Shown here in pieces: positions 44,768 through 54,427 of a stretch of DNA of 64,000 nt. The stretch lies in IMG/VR virus record IMGVR_UViG_3300031992_000031, positions 1-64,000 of that record; one strand, given 5' to 3'. The position numbers and the translations under genes were made by a program. The DNA comes from a virus. Its lineage: Duplodnaviria; Caudoviricetes. Within the stretch, counting starts at the first letter, position 1; each line of letters begins with the position of its first letter. The notes under the pieces are model-generated. The model was not told the DNA's origin, made no database searches, and saw only the letters and a program-made list of their open reading frames with translations.

Positions 44768-44824
44768 TAGGCCATTACAGCAAACTTTGTAGAAATAGGA
44801 AATAATACAACAAACAATGGCCTA
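44768..44824 (+). ncRNA. CAGCAA stem element copy 5
   Basis: TAGGCCAT-TACAGCAAA...ATGGCCTA. Confidence 0.55.
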
Positions 44825-44944
44825 GCTTTATGAATATTTGCTCCATCTTGGGGCTAATAGATTGCCGCGTTAGGAACCTTATGGTGGAAGAGCCTTATTT
44901 GAAAGAGGTAGAGTAGTATCTACAACTCTTCCGCGGCGTTTTAT

Positions 44945-45099
44945 TTTTAGAACTGTAGGCTTAGAAGCAGCCATCAGCTAAAGAGTTTTCGTTTCTCCAT
45001 TCGTGCGAAATGTATTATGGGCTTACGATTATACGCCCCATAAGTATGATGTGCGATAGATAATAGAAAATGAAATTTGGCGTAATAGCACATCTAAAA
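44945..45099 (+). ncRNA. RNA resembling the 23S rRNA L11-binding domain (H43/H44)
   Basis: TGTAGGCTTAGAAGCAGCCATCA..TAAAGA...GCGTAATAGC.CA closed by TTTTAGA/TCTAAAA. Confidence 0.65.
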
Positions 45100-45100
45100 T

Positions 45101-45188
45101 GACACTATGGCCGAGTTGGTAAGGCGCTAACCTGCTAAGTTAAGGCCACTTGTAAAAGGGTGCCGAGGTTCGAATCCTCGTAGTGTCG
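45101..45188 (+). tRNA. tRNA-Ser(GCT)
   Basis: Loop CTGCTAA; long variable arm; G73. Confidence 0.8.
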
Positions 45189-45300
45189 CTTTGCGGTGGT
45201 GGAATAGGTAGACATTTGGGGCATGACACACGTAAAGAGGTATGCGAGGGCGTGAAGTCTGGGTGTGTCCTGTGAGGTGCAAATCCTCACCCGCATTTAT

Positions 45301-45457
45301 AGTCCCTTAGCGTAATGGTAGCGCAACGGACTTGTATGGGTCGTCTAGGTTGGAAGGCCGGCTCGGTGTATTAGAATACACAGATGAGAAGAAGTGAGTT
45401 CGATCCTCACCCCATGCATTGACTCCGTATGTGTTGGTCCGATTCCAACAGGGACTG
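45301..45457 (+). tRNA. tRNA-Gln(TTG) interrupted by an 86-nt tRNA-like insert in the anticodon
   Basis: AGTCCCT/AGGGACT-G; ACGGA-CTT[45334-45419]TGAC-TCCGT. Confidence 0.75.
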
Positions 45458-45496
45458 CTTTGAAACAATCTTATTTATTAAAGCTTAGGAGGAATT

Positions 45497-46114
45497 ATGT
45501 TAAATATTCTTAGTGTAGATATGGATTGGATTATGGAACCAAGTATTAATTTTTATAATAATCAAGTTTCTGATTAGAATGATTTTTTAGCTGAAAATGA
45601 TGAAAGAATTATTATACCTGCCGATTTAAAAAAATATGCCATGATTACTAAATTAATTTTTTCTTTATTGTCATCTTTACAATTAAAAGATATATTTATA
45701 GCAGAGGGGCATGAAGAAATATTTAAAGCTATTAATAAATGGCAGCTAAATGATAAGTTTAAAATTTATAATATAGATCATCATCATGATTGCGGTTATT
45801 TATATGATAATATATCATTACATAATCTAATTAATGAATGTACTTGCGCTAATTGGGTTCCATATGTTTATAAAAAATTTTCAACATTTGTAAAATACAT
45901 ATGGATTGGAAATAAAAATTCATTCCCATTAGATTCACAACTTAAATCCATTCTTCCAGATTACAATATTTATGATAATCTTGAAATATTAGATAATATA
46001 AAAATAGATAAAATTTTTATTTGCAAATCTCGTACTTGGATCCCAGTTGAATATCGTGAATTAATTGATAGTTTTACATATTCTATTATAAAAGCATTGG
46101 AAATGAGAAAGTAA
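45497..46114 (+). CDS. UPF0489-like (arginase/deacetylase-fold) protein; TAG=Gln
   Basis: MLNILSVDMDW...H..I...NIDHHHD...CANW; GGAGG RBS; one TAG. Confidence 0.6.
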
Positions 46115-46115
46115 T

Positions 46116-46556
46116 ATGAAAATATATACGTCCTATTTTGCTCAATTAAGAAAATTTCCTACTAATTTAATTGGTCTTTCAACCGCGCATTGGAATCCTA
46201 AGTGGCGGCCAATGGGTAAAGATAAGCGAGGTATAATTTGTGTAGATTGTTCTCCATTTAAGCCCGGGCGCGAATGTGATGGCTTATGCCGTGGTGAGTG
46301 TAATCCTAAACATCCAGAAGATTGTGCGTTTCTCAAAGTATATAAAGCACAATTAGACAAATTAAATTTAACACATATACAAGACAGTTTAGGAAAATTG
46401 GCTACTCAAATTGCTCACGATGAAGGATTTAAAGAAGTAAATTTTGCCTTTTTAGTATATGAGACGCCTACAAACTTATGTAGTGAACGAATTCCAATAC
46501 AACAATGGTTCAAAGAGCATGGTATTCAATGTGAAGAATGGCAACCTAATATTTGA
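46116..46556 (+). CDS. DUF488-like protein
   Basis: MKIYTSYFA...Y..QL..L...YE.P...C.ER. Confidence 0.55.
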   Translation: MKIYTSYFAQLRKFPTNLIGLSTAHWNPKWRPMGKDKRGIICVDCSPFKPGRECDGLCRGECNPKHPEDCAFLKVYKAQLDKLNLTHIQDSLGKLATQIAHDEGFKEVNFAFLVYETPTNLCSERIPIQQWFKEHGIQCEEWQPNI

Positions 46557-46604
46557 CTTTTTATAAAAAATATATTATAATTTTTATAGAAAGAGGGTGA
46601 GAAT

Positions 46605-46964
46605 ATGTACAAATATAGTATGGCTTCACACAAACGCAGAAAGCACCAGCGGTGGTTTAATAAGTATTGCCGTCAGGTTAATAAAGAGATTGAAAATGAT
46701 GAACTATGGCTTGGGCGTTTTTGTATTAAACAATTGCGTTCCGATATTCATTGGTTTGAAGATGGTAGCGGCGGAATGATGGCTGCTGAGATTCTAATGC
46801 GTGATAAGAAAACTGGTATTATTCGCGCAAAATGGTATACTGGTCTTGACATGGATTGGAAATTTTGGTGGGATTTTAACGATTTCATTATTAACGATTG
46901 TAAAGTTTGGGAAGAAGAACCAGATGTTCGCATCAACCGAATTGACTTTAGAAAGAAGGTATAA
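46605..46964 (+). CDS. Hypothetical protein
   Basis: Promoter and RBS upstream. Confidence 0.65.
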   Translation: MYKYSMASHKRRKHQRWFNKYCRQVNKEIENDELWLGRFCIKQLRSDIHWFEDGSGGMMAAEILMRDKKTGIIRAKWYTGLDMDWKFWWDFNDFIINDCKVWEEEPDVRINRIDFRKKV

Positions 46965-46965
46965 T

Positions 46966-47175
46966 ATGTTTGAATATCGCGTAAATTGGTATAATGATGT
47001 TATTGATCAAGAAGAATATGTTCGAGGTCTTGTTTATGGGCCATCCTATAAGGACGCTATGGAAAAAGTAATGAAAGATTACGGCGAAGATTCTATTATT
47101 GATGTATACCTTCAAGCACTTGAAGATACGGATACTATTGAACTGGTAGCTATAAAAAAACAGTTCAATCTGTAA
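46966..47175 (+). CDS. Hypothetical protein
   Basis: ATG after AAGGT, inside ORF 46801. Confidence 0.5.
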   Translation: MFEYRVNWYNDVIDQEEYVRGLVYGPSYKDAMEKVMKDYGEDSIIDVYLQALEDTDTIELVAIKKQFNL

Positions 47176-47567
47176 TAAACACCGCTCGATGGGTGCAGGC
47201 GGTATAAAAATATGTAACCATCTCTCGTAAGTAGGGGATAGGAAGTGTGAATCCAGCTATACGAGATGAGTCCTGAAGCCCTATTGACTCAATTGGACTA
47301 TGCGTGAAAGCGATACTGTCAAAATATCGAACCACATTTCTTTGCAGCCCTGTTCGAGGCACAACCGCGCTAAAAGAGTCTGAAACGCTAGGCATTTCGA
47401 GTACGCGGCCAGCTCGTTAAATCGGCCTCAGAGGTACCAGTCACTCTGTATAATAACGACTGTGTATCATAGGTGTGATGGCGGCGGCACCTAAAATCGC
47501 CACCGTGCGGCGCCAGTGGGATAATGCGTTAAGCAAAAGTCGCCCCATAAGACTGGCAAATTTACTT

Positions 47568-47598
47568 CGGGATGGTAATTATACCATCCCACTTTTTT
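47568..47598 (+). terminator. Intrinsic terminator
   Basis: GGGATGGTA...TACCATCCC then T run. Confidence 0.75.
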
Positions 47599-47652
47599 AT
47601 TTGACTTTTTTCTTAATTTATTATATAATTTTTATGTAAAGGAGATGATAAT

Positions 47653-48129
47653 ATGCCTATTCTGTATATTATGTGCGGTCCATCTGGATGCGGTAAAACA
47701 ACTTATTGTAGTGATAAGATGGAGTTGGCTCATTGTGTTTATGTTTCTCGCGATGTAGTTCGCTATGAAATTGTTAAAGAAGAAGAAGATTATTTTTCTC
47801 ATGAAAAAGAAGTTTTTCGTGAATTTGTACGGCGTATTGTAGAAGCTATGACCAATGGCTATGATTGTATTGCTGACGCAACTCATCTTAATCAGTTCTC
47901 ACGCCGTAAGCTTACACAAGCCATTGATATGTATACTACTGATTATAAAATTATTTATGTAGTATTTAATGTAGATGCCAATACTTGCGTTGCTCGTAAT
48001 GCTAATCGCACTGGGCGCGCCAATGTCCCAGAAAATGTTATTCGTAATATGTGCCGTGATTTTCGCGCGCCAACTAAGGATGAAGATGAACGGGTAATTG
48101 ATATTATTGAGGTAGGTGATGATAAATGA
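47653..48129 (+). CDS. P-loop kinase (AAA_33, polynucleotide kinase-like)
   Basis: GPSGCGKT; VSRD..R; DATHL...RR; RN..R. Confidence 0.85.
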   Translation: MPILYIMCGPSGCGKTTYCSDKMELAHCVYVSRDVVRYEIVKEEEDYFSHEKEVFREFVRRIVEAMTNGYDCIADATHLNQFSRRKLTQAIDMYTTDYKIIYVVFNVDANTCVARNANRTGRANVPENVIRNMCRDFRAPTKDEDERVIDIIEVGDDK

Positions 48130-48696
48130 GTGAGATTTTCTTTACAAGTGATACTCACTTTTGTTAGCCATAATAAAGAATTTCTTTATAAGCCGCGTGG
48201 CTTCTCTTCAATAGAAGAGATGAACGAAGCTATTGTAGAAAGATGGAATTGTGTGGTGCCAAAGGAATGTGGTGTAATTATTTATCATCTTGGCGATATG
48301 GCACTATCAGATACTGAAGCCGCAATTCCTTATATTAAGCGTCTAAATGGAGAAATCCGTTGGATTCGTGGAAATCATTGCTCAGATGCTCGTGTAGATC
48401 AAATTCTTGCGGCTTGCCCCAATGTTCAGCTTATTAGTCAAAATAAGGATAATGCTTGGGCATATATATTGAAAGACGGGAAGTGGCGTTTTTATCTTAG
48501 CCATTATCCTACTAAAGTTGCTAATTATGATGATACTCCAAAACATAAAACCTGGTGTCTTTGCGGGCATACGCATACTCAAGATAGATGGAAAGACCTT
48601 ACAGATAGTTGTTATCATGTAGAAATGGACGCTCATGATTGTTATCCAATTTCTCTCGAACAAATTAAAGCTGAAATTAAAGCATTAAATATTTGA
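48126..48696 (+). CDS. Calcineurin-like metallophosphoesterase with apparent +1 frameshift after DTHF
   Basis: MSEIFFTSDTHF in one frame; HLGD, GNH, SHYP, GHTH in the next frame. Confidence 0.7.
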
Positions 48697-48843
48697 CTTA
48701 AAATAAAATTTCTGGTATAATTATTATGAAAGATGAAACAGTATGGGATTATTCTGATTGCCAAATCGGACACCCATGTATAAATTGTATAAAAGAATGT
48801 ACCTTCCGACTTGACAAAGTTGTAGATGAAAAGGAGAAAAAAG

Positions 48844-50346
48844 ATGAACGAATTACTGAAAAATCTGAAAAAAGAATCTAATTACCGTTATACTGAAAAT
48901 GGCGCTCTTACTCATAAGACCACCTTTAATAAGGTGCTTGATATGTTTGGTATGGGTGGCGCGATGCGTAATCGCTCTGAGGATGACATTATTACAATGT
49001 TTAAGGGCGCTTATGAAGAAGAGCCCACGTTGGCTCTTCGCTGTTTGTTCTACCTGCGGGACGTGCGTGGAGGTCAAGGAGAACGGCGCTTCTTCCGTAT
49101 CATCCTCCATTGGATGGGCAACTATATGACTGATGAGGTTGAACACCTTATTCCTATGATTAGTGAATATGGCCGCTGGGATGATCTCTTTGAACTCTTC
49201 GGCACTAAGTGTGAGCCTGCGATGCTTGGATATATTCACTATACCATCTCTAAGAACGAAGACCATCTTATTTATAAATGGCTTCCTTCTATCAACGCCT
49301 CCTCTCGCACTACTAAATCTCGTGGTCGCAAGATTGCCACCGAATTTAATATAACTGAACGCGAGTATCGTAAGATGTTGACTGAAGGCCGCAAGGCTTG
49401 TAATCTGGTCGAATCTCTGATGAGTCAGAATCATTGGGATCAGATTGCCTTTGATAAGTTGCCTTCCCGCGCGGGCCTTCTGTATAAGAGAGCATTTATG
49501 CGCCGTGAGGAAACTAAGGCACGGTATGCCGATTTTATGAGCAATGAAAAGACCAAGGTCAATGCTTCGGTACTTAACCCTGTAGAAATTGCTCATCAGA
49601 TCTTCAACTATAACAGTTGGAATCGTCCGAGCGATACCGAGCGCAGCGCTTGGCAGAAATACTGGGACAACTTGAAGGACTATTATAATGGCCGTGAAGA
49701 ACCCGGTATTGCTGTCGTAGATGTTAGTGGCAGTATGTATGGTCAGCCTATTGAAGCCGCAGTCTCCATGGGCGCATATATTGCCGAACGTGGTAAAGGC
49801 CCTTTCCAGAATCATTTCATTACGTTCAGCAGCAACCCTGAACTTGTAGAGTTTAGTGGTGTGGACGTGTATGATAAGTTTATGCGCGCGAGATCGGCTG
49901 AATGGGGCGGAAGCACTAATATCGAAGCCGTTTTCAATTTGCTTCTTGATACTGCTCGTCGGAATCATGTATCAAAAGAAGATATGCCCAAGACTCTTTA
50001 TATCTTCAGTGATATGGAGTTCAATGGATGTATCACTAGTGGGCCCGTATCTTACGATCGTTGGGCTTCTTCTGGCCGTCCTCTTAGTGAGTGTCAGATC
50101 AATACGGTCATTGAAGAACAGGCTCGTAAATGGCGGCAGTATGGTTATCAGATTCCTCGTGTGGTATTCTGGAATCTTGATGCTCGTCATGATAATATCC
50201 CTGCTATCGGAGATGGATTCTCCTATGTAAGTGGATTCTCCATGAACATGGTAGAATGTATTCTCTCTGGCAAAGATGGATATGACCTTTGTCTAGAAAA
50301 ACTGAATAGTGAACGCTATCAGCCAATCTCTAGTGCCCATAAATAA
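48844..50346 (+). CDS. DUF2828 (TROVE/Ro-like + vWA) protein
   Basis: TENGA...RDVRGGQGER...YGRWDDL...KWLPS...VDVSGSM...FSDMEF...VFWNL...VSGFS. Confidence 0.8.
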   Translation: MNELLKNLKKESNYRYTENGALTHKTTFNKVLDMFGMGGAMRNRSEDDIITMFKGAYEEEPTLALRCLFYLRDVRGGQGERRFFRIILHWMGNYMTDEVEHLIPMISEYGRWDDLFELFGTKCEPAMLGYIHYTISKNEDHLIYKWLPSINASSRTTKSRGRKIATEFNITEREYRKMLTEGRKACNLVESLMSQNHWDQIAFDKLPSRAGLLYKRAFMRREETKARYADFMSNEKTKVNASVLNPVEIAHQIFNYNSWNRPSDTERSAWQKYWDNLKDYYNGREEPGIAVVDVSGSMYGQPIEAAVSMGAYIAERGKGPFQNHFITFSSNPELVEFSGVDVYDKFMRARSAEWGGSTNIEAVFNLLLDTARRNHVSKEDMPKTLYIFSDMEFNGCITSGPVSYDRWASSGRPLSECQINTVIEEQARKWRQYGYQIPRVVFWNLDARHDNIPAIGDGFSYVSGFSMNMVECILSGKDGYDLCLEKLNSERYQPISSAHK

Positions 50347-50435
50347 TCTATCATCTCCTATAATGAAAAAGTCAAGTTTAAATACTTGACTTTTTTCATT
50401 TTTTCTGTTATAATTATAGTATAAGGAGTGATAGT

Positions 50436-51239
50436 ATGACAAATACTTATGGTTATAATAGAAAATCTCGTGAAGAAGATGAGGCGATCTTTAAGGCAGT
50501 AAAGCGTCATCATAATGCTGTCGCGGCAAAAGGTTATCTCGTTGTAATGACTAGTTTGGTAGGAAGCCAGAATTATGATCTTGATAATGATAATAGTGAT
50601 ATTGATACTTTTAGTTTTATTTATCCGCCTTTAAGCGATCTTTCCTTGGCGCGAGAACCATATGCGGGAATGTTTGAACTAAAAGATGGTCATTGTGAAA
50701 TAAAAGATATAAGGTTAGCATTTAATCTATTACGTAAAACCTCGCCAAACAGTGTAGAATATTTTACAAGTAAATATAAAATTTACAATCCAATATTTGA
50801 GCCTATTCTAAAAGAATATCTAGAAGATAATATTAGAATATGGAATATGATACATTGTAATTATAATCATATGCTGAGCGCGATAGCTGGTATGGCGCAT
50901 CAACTAACAAAACGTAATATGCCAGGAGGCAAACGTTTTAGTCATGCACTCAGATTAGATGATATGTACTATCACTTTATACATAGTCCAAATGCAAGTG
51001 CGGTTTTAGACTTGCGCGCGGGCGGTAATAGAGAGCTGGCTTTTATATCTAAGCACGATAAAGAAAATGAAAATGAATATGATAATCAATGTCAGCAGAT
51101 TGCGAATAAATTAGATAATTGTAAGGACAATTTTACTTTAAATGAAGAACAATTAAAAATACAACAATATGGGCTATCACTGATTGATAGCCTTCAGTGG
51201 AAATTATTTAAAAAATATTTGGAGGAAGTTAATAAATAA
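50436..51239 (+). CDS. Pol-beta-family nucleotidyltransferase
   Basis: GSQNY.L....SDID motif; PN.VE. Confidence 0.75.
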   Translation: MTNTYGYNRKSREEDEAIFKAVKRHHNAVAAKGYLVVMTSLVGSQNYDLDNDNSDIDTFSFIYPPLSDLSLAREPYAGMFELKDGHCEIKDIRLAFNLLRKTSPNSVEYFTSKYKIYNPIFEPILKEYLEDNIRIWNMIHCNYNHMLSAIAGMAHQLTKRNMPGGKRFSHALRLDDMYYHFIHSPNASAVLDLRAGGNRELAFISKHDKENENEYDNQCQQIANKLDNCKDNFTLNEEQLKIQQYGLSLIDSLQWKLFKKYLEEVNK

Positions 51240-51640
51240 TGGCACTAGATATTTATGCTGGAAAGCATGTACTGTATAAAAACGGTAATAGCGGATGGCT
51301 TGTTGGTACTCTTCAAGAAACAAAAGCCGCTGAAGTAAATGAGCAGGGAGTATGGCTACCCGTAGTACCAAAAGGCATGAGTGCTGAAGAAGAAATTCAT
51401 TGGGCAGAAATCAATAATATCTTTCTTGAAGCATTTCCTCTGGATGATTGGGTTAAAGATTATCCTAAATATTATATGACAAAGAAAGAGTATATTGCTT
51501 TTACAGAAAATGAAGATTTTGAGCGCGCGCGAGAAACCGCATATTTTACTGACGGAGAATATGTCTATTATCCAGTAAGTAAGTTTAGTAAAAGTTGGAT
51601 TGAAAAGCAACCATTTGAATATGTTGTAAGGAGCGATTAA
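51239..51640 (+). CDS. Hypothetical protein
   Basis: GGAGG RBS; coupled to previous stop. Confidence 0.7.
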   Translation: MALDIYAGKHVLYKNGNSGWLVGTLQETKAAEVNEQGVWLPVVPKGMSAEEEIHWAEINNIFLEAFPLDDWVKDYPKYYMTKKEYIAFTENEDFERARETAYFTDGEYVYYPVSKFSKSWIEKQPFEYVVRSD

Positions 51641-52498
51641 ATGATAAAATTATCTTTACCTGGCTTTTATGTACATTTTAAATTCGTTAAAATGTTTCTC
51701 GTATTTTATAATGAACATCCAGAATACTTTTATAAAGATAGAATAATTGATAGTTTTTATGATGCCGATCCTAATGTTTTATGGCGTGGAGGCAGGACTC
51801 CTCGTATAAATGAATATATATCTATGGATGAAATTCTAAATGAATTTAATCAATATCCTAATATTAAACTACGTCATACATTTACGAATTGTATGTTAAC
51901 AGAACAGTTAATAAATGATTATTTTTGTAATTCCTTTGTGGAAAACTTCATTCGTCCTCAAGACGAAGTTATTTTAAATAATCCATTATTAATTAAACAT
52001 TTTAAAACTAATTATCCTCAAATTCCAATTATTTATAGTACTACTTTAGGAATCACTGATATCTCGCGTATAAATGAAATAACTGAAAAAAATATTTATG
52101 TTCTCAATTATAATTATAATAATGATAATAAATATATTCAACAATTAAAAAATAAAAAGAATGTAGAAATTTTATGTGCTGAACCGTGCGTAATAAATTG
52201 CCCTTATCGTTATAAACACTATCAATTAATTAGTGAAGATGTATTATCTTTACGGCCAACTGAAGATTATAATTGTCCTTTTAATATGGAATCTAAACCA
52301 TTTATTGATATTATGAGTTTACCTCATGCAATTACTAATAATCGTTTAAAAGAATTAGAACAGCGTGGTTTTCAATATTTTAAAATATCCGGTAGAACTA
52401 ACCCAATCCCAAGATGGCTAGAAACTTTAGTATATTATTTAATATTACCAGAATATAAAGAGTATGTTCGTCAACTCTTATTAGATGACTGGTGGTGA
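51641..52498 (+). CDS. Peptidase U32-like Fe-S protein
   Basis: EPC..NC..R..HY...C and GFQYFKISGR. Confidence 0.55.
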   Translation: MIKLSLPGFYVHFKFVKMFLVFYNEHPEYFYKDRIIDSFYDADPNVLWRGGRTPRINEYISMDEILNEFNQYPNIKLRHTFTNCMLTEQLINDYFCNSFVENFIRPQDEVILNNPLLIKHFKTNYPQIPIIYSTTLGITDISRINEITEKNIYVLNYNYNNDNKYIQQLKNKKNVEILCAEPCVINCPYRYKHYQLISEDVLSLRPTEDYNCPFNMESKPFIDIMSLPHAITNNRLKELEQRGFQYFKISGRTNPIPRWLETLVYYLILPEYKEYVRQLLLDDWW

Positions 52499-52585
52499 TT
52501 ATATCAACTACTTGATAAATGTCAAGTAGTTGATTTTTTTTTAAAATTCTGATATAATATAAGTGTAAAAGAGAGGAGGATAGAT

Positions 52586-53296
52586 ATGCCAGTAGCTAAA
52601 ACCTATGAAAAAATGGCACAGCAGGGAGAACCGTTTAAAGAAAATGGTCGTATGTATGTAAATGTTCTCGCGCCAAAAGGCATTAAGAAAGTACGTTGGT
52701 ATACAGAAGTAGAATATAAGCGTATGTATCCGGACGCCGTGGTTGAACATACTTCATCTACATTTAATGCTCGTCATGCCTTTGGTTTTGATGAAAAAGG
52801 CTATATCCTTCTTTATAAAGGAAGAAATGTAGAAGAATGGGCTGAGAATGATAGGACAAATATTTGGTTTAATCTTATATTTGGATATTATACTCCCAGT
52901 AAATTTGAATGTCCAAAATTAACTGATGGCATTGAGTCGGTTGTATTAAATTGGGACGATGTTGCTGCGAATGATATTAGTATTAAATCCGACGATGAGG
53001 TAAAGAAAATCGTCGCCGCGATGTTAAATGATGAAAATAGTAGTAATTTTCAAGGCAATGTAAATGATTGGCTTCAAAAATTGGTTGTCGTAAAAGATAA
53101 GAAAAGCAAAGAAAGTCATTTTGGAACCAAACATACATATACATTAGAAGATAATGAAGGTAATATGTATATGTGGGAAACCGGGGCAAAAGATTACTCT
53201 ATTGAGCAGGAAGTTTCCCTTAAAATGAAGGTTAAAGACCATAAGGAAATCAATAATACAAAAATAACTATAGTGTGGTATTGTAAGGAGTGTTAA
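52586..53296 (+). CDS. Hypothetical protein with C-terminal OB-fold
   Basis: S.FG....Y.LED.EGN.Y.W...KVK.H motif. Confidence 0.65.
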   Translation: MPVAKTYEKMAQQGEPFKENGRMYVNVLAPKGIKKVRWYTEVEYKRMYPDAVVEHTSSTFNARHAFGFDEKGYILLYKGRNVEEWAENDRTNIWFNLIFGYYTPSKFECPKLTDGIESVVLNWDDVAANDISIKSDDEVKKIVAAMLNDENSSNFQGNVNDWLQKLVVVKDKKSKESHFGTKHTYTLEDNEGNMYMWETGAKDYSIEQEVSLKMKVKDHKEINNTKITIVWYCKEC

Positions 53297-53297
53297 T

Positions 53298-53486
53298 ATG
53301 AATTTAACGTGGGATAGACGGTACGATAAATGGGAGCAGCATATTAAAGATAGAGAGCGTTGTAATACATGTATGTATGACGCACCTGAAGGAGAACTAT
53401 GTTGTAAGCACCAGTGCGGTGAGTATAGTTTTTGTACAAATTGTAAAGCTAAATGTCGTGCTGGCAAAAAGTTATGTGAGAAGTGA
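53298..53486 (+). CDS. Small Cys-rich protein
   Basis: AAGGAG RBS. Confidence 0.55.
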   Translation: MNLTWDRRYDKWEQHIKDRERCNTCMYDAPEGELCCKHQCGEYSFCTNCKAKCRAGKKLCEK

Positions 53487-53698
53487 TACTAATGAAAATA
53501 TTAAATCAACGTTATTACGGTATGATTGCTAGATGTAATAATTGCGGCGCAATTCTAGGCTATGAGCCTAATGATGTAAATAGCGCACAGAATGTTAAAT
53601 GCCCGCAATGCGGTTTTACTTTATGGGTACCATTAAATTCTACTTATGATGGAGTTATTAAAGAAAGCGAGGAAAAAGAAAATGATCCTGTGGTTTGA
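53483..53698 (+). CDS. Zinc-ribbon protein
   Basis: CNNCG...CPQCG. Confidence 0.6.
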   Translation: MILMKILNQRYYGMIARCNNCGAILGYEPNDVNSAQNVKCPQCGFTLWVPLNSTYDGVIKESEEKENDPVV

Positions 53699-53927
53699 GA
53701 ATAGTCTGGGCATTCGGCGGCAAATCGCCGATTGTGATACTTGGAATGATGTATCTTATTGTATTGAAAAATTTATTGAACAAGCTAATGAAAATAAGCC
53801 AGCTGGCGCCCCAAGATTTAAAAGCTATTATAAGCGTGTCTGGGAGGAAGATGGAATGACGACAATTGATGTTGGCTCTCATACTGAATTTTTTTACTGG
53901 GAGGGTAAGTATGCTGAAAACAGTTAA
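53682..53927 (+). CDS. Hypothetical phage protein
   Basis: SYY.R.W...IDVGSHTEFF motif. Confidence 0.65.
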   Translation: MILWFENSLGIRRQIADCDTWNDVSYCIEKFIEQANENKPAGAPRFKSYYKRVWEEDGMTTIDVGSHTEFFYWEGKYAENS

Positions 53928-54117
53928 TTTTAATGATGATGCTCATAAATATATTGCACAACTTGAAGCAAAAAATGAAAGACTTCAACGTGAGGTAAAT
54001 TCATTAGAAAATGCTTGCCGTATGCTAAATTATGAAAACGAACAGGCAAAAAAAGATAAACTGCTGGCAGATGCAATAAGAACTATTATAAAAGAATGGA
54101 AAATATAGTGAGGATTT

Positions 54118-54336
54118 GTGATAATGAGCAATGAATATAAAGATTGGATTTGGGATACTATTCAAGAAGTTGTTTTTGATCGTAATTTAATAGATAAAAT
54201 CACTAAGATTTATCCTATTCCAGATAAAGGCGAACCTTATTATATAGAAGGTTTAAAAAATCTTCAGCAAGTAAAATATTATGTATATTATCTACCAGAA
54301 GAAGGATGGCTCTGTGAGCGCCGGGAGTTAGATTAA
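54118..54336 (+). CDS. Hypothetical protein
   Basis: GAGG RBS. Confidence 0.55.
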   Translation: MIMSNEYKDWIWDTIQEVVFDRNLIDKITKIYPIPDKGEPYYIEGLKNLQQVKYYVYYLPEEGWLCERRELD

Positions 54337-54427
54337 TACATATGTTAAAGTTGATAGTGTATAATTTTTTGACATTTGGTAAAAATTCTGATATAATATT
54401 AGTGTAAAGAGAAAGGAGTGAATTAAT

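Noticed and set aside
44945-45099. rRNA gene or host contamination
   Set aside because: Only the H43/H44-like segment matches; it is interrupted and embedded among phage tRNAs
48853-49968. 371-aa reverse-strand ORF (also 54866-55549 and 42400-43083)
   Set aside because: Antisense to well-supported + strand genes or tRNAs, with no motifs
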